Shown here in pieces: positions 62,294 to 64,000 of a DNA stretch of 64,000 bases. The notes under the pieces were generated by a model, which saw only the letters and a program-made list of their open reading frames with translations, made no database searches and was not told the origin of the DNA. Source of the stretch: Marsupella aquatica (taxonomy: Eukaryota; Plantae; Marchantiophyta); assembly GCA_973895155.1 (NCBI GenBank), contig OZ316897.1, positions 3,239,416 to 3,303,415 of the forward strand, in the 5' to 3' direction. The translations under genes were made by a program, and so were the position numbers. The stretch's first letter is position 1. Each line of letters opens with the position of its first letter.

Positions 62294-63278
62294 ACTCCCA
62301 CGCTAAGTTTCTAGAATAACCAAAATCTGTCCTGGTGACACGTATTTTCGATCGAGATCGTTTCAGACTTTCAGTGGCCGCGCGAACTGGTTTCGCAATG
62401 AACTTTTGACAGGTCATCATAATGGATTGTGTCTTGCCCTCCTTAGCATGATCGAGGAGGCTCGGAAGAAACCATATCTCATGGCAGATTCTAAAAGCAA
62501 GATGGACAGAAAGTACTGGCCAGGCAAGCACGGAGGCTGAAATTGCTGGAGGCTAGCCATGCTCCCTGTTGCTTTTTCCTGCACTGATTCACTGCGCTTG
62601 CTGTGGTTGTCTCTTGCGTGATGTCCTTCGTTCTGTGAGAGAATCAGGAGCACTGAAGGAATGACTTGTCATCCCCGAGTTACATATAGATTGGAATCGA
62701 GAGGAGTTCTAAGAAGGTAATCCACTTGCATGCTCGCGACTTTTCATCGTGAACAGAGTGACAAATGTCATCCACAATCAACTTTCGATCACATCTAGAG
62801 TTTACTGTTCTTTGCCTACTGGAGGTATTACTCTTCGCAAGATTCTTTCCATGAGCAGCACGACTGCAGTCGATGAGAAGGGCCAGTCATTAGTCTCAAT
62901 CAACATGGGCCCAAATCTAGATTTTTTTCTGAGAATTGTTACCCTTCAATTTGGTGAGAAGGCAGCCACTGCAGTGGCTATCGCTGTTGAGGACTTCCGT
63001 GATGGAAGGGTAAACCTGAATTGCTCCTTGGAAGTTGATCACTTAGACTTCTTGTGACTCAAGAGAGAAGGCAGGGCCATTGTGCTATATGCGGCATTTC
63101 AGAAATCAAATGAGTTCGCTTCCTGTTTTCATGAGTAAATTAAACTTATCCTTAATGTAAAGGGGTCAAAACCAGGGCCAGATTCCCTATTTGGTTTTTC
63201 TATTTGGTTGTTCAGTGTGTTTCCTAGTGTGTATTATTCTTCTTTATATCTCCATTAGTAAAATCTCCATTACTATTC

Positions 63279-63470
63279 CATGATCTCTCTAATTCTTGAC
63301 AAATACTCTCAATGTTACACATTAAAAAGCTAGAGAGATTTAATGAAATGTCAAAGTTAGTTGCTCAAAAATTTTAAATATTGCAAAGTGTGGAGGGTGA
63401 ATAATGAAACACTCCTTAAAAGTGTGTAACTCTCAATGTTCCTCATGAAAAGTAGAGATATTGAATTTTT
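63279..63470 (-). repeat. Inverted copy of the 640-1130 repeat family
   Basis: The reverse complement of 63279-63341 (AATCTCTCTAGCTTTTTAATGTGTAACATTGAGAGTATTTGTCAAGAATTAGAGAGATCATG) closely matches 840-904. Confidence 0.75.
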
Positions 63471-64000
63471 GAAGAATGTTTTTATGTAGTGTCTAACAAG
63501 CCCAAGAAGAGCAAATTCAGTTGGACATCAACTTAGGAGATGTTGAACGTCAAACTTTGTAAGGAAAAGTTATGGAGACTAGGAGGGTATCAATAAGTGA
63601 AGGTGTACAAGGAGCCAGAGTCCATGGGATTGCATGGGAGAATCCAGGGGACAATCATTTTCAAATATTCAAACATAACCATTTTATTATTGTGGACGAC
63701 AATACACTACCGGGTACTCTACTGCTGGTAGTTTACATATACAAGTCCAGTGCCAGTGCATTGCACAATTGTCATTCGAGTCATTTCATTGTTGTGGCCA
63801 TTCATAGTTGTGATCAATTTGTCATTGTGTTCATTTTATGCTTGCAGCCATTGTGCCATTGGTCAATGATGGTGTTGCAAAAAAGAATTTTGGATTTAAT
63901 GTTGATGTAGGAATAGAAAAATAATAACTTTGTTCTCCTCTCAATAGACTTTAAATTCTTTTTAGCTCTTTTATAAATCATTTTTTCAACTCAAAATTGT

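Overview
Eukaryotic, intron-rich land-plant genomic DNA, probably a bryophyte such as a liverwort (lineage is my inference). I hand-assembled four minus-strand spliced genes with GT-AG phase checks. (1) AP-1 gamma-adaptin, 4215-14047, 18 coding exons, ~911 aa. (2) A highly divergent NAC-domain protein, ~22724-24494. (3) Mitochondrial 3-hydroxyisobutyrate dehydrogenase, 30131-34684, 10 exons, ~381 aa. (4) The main item: an 18-exon, ~2618-aa NRPS-like lipid megasynthase at 38122-52176. Its domain order is FAD-dependent PUFA-isomerase (PAI)-like, fatty acyl-AMP ligase, acyl carrier, TM/beta-helix, TM/beta-helix, catalase/allene-oxide-synthase-like heme domain, TM/beta-helix. This looks like a poly-lysine-synthetase (Pls)-type membrane chassis fitted with fatty-acid tailoring enzymes. 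In this assembly the last exon carries a 1-nt frameshift (39427-39430), and the catalase-type proximal Tyr position reads His. Intergenic DNA holds many local duplications, MITE-like inverted repeats, a tRNA-derived element and a decayed LINE-like fragment. All family assignments come from motif recognition, not database searches.
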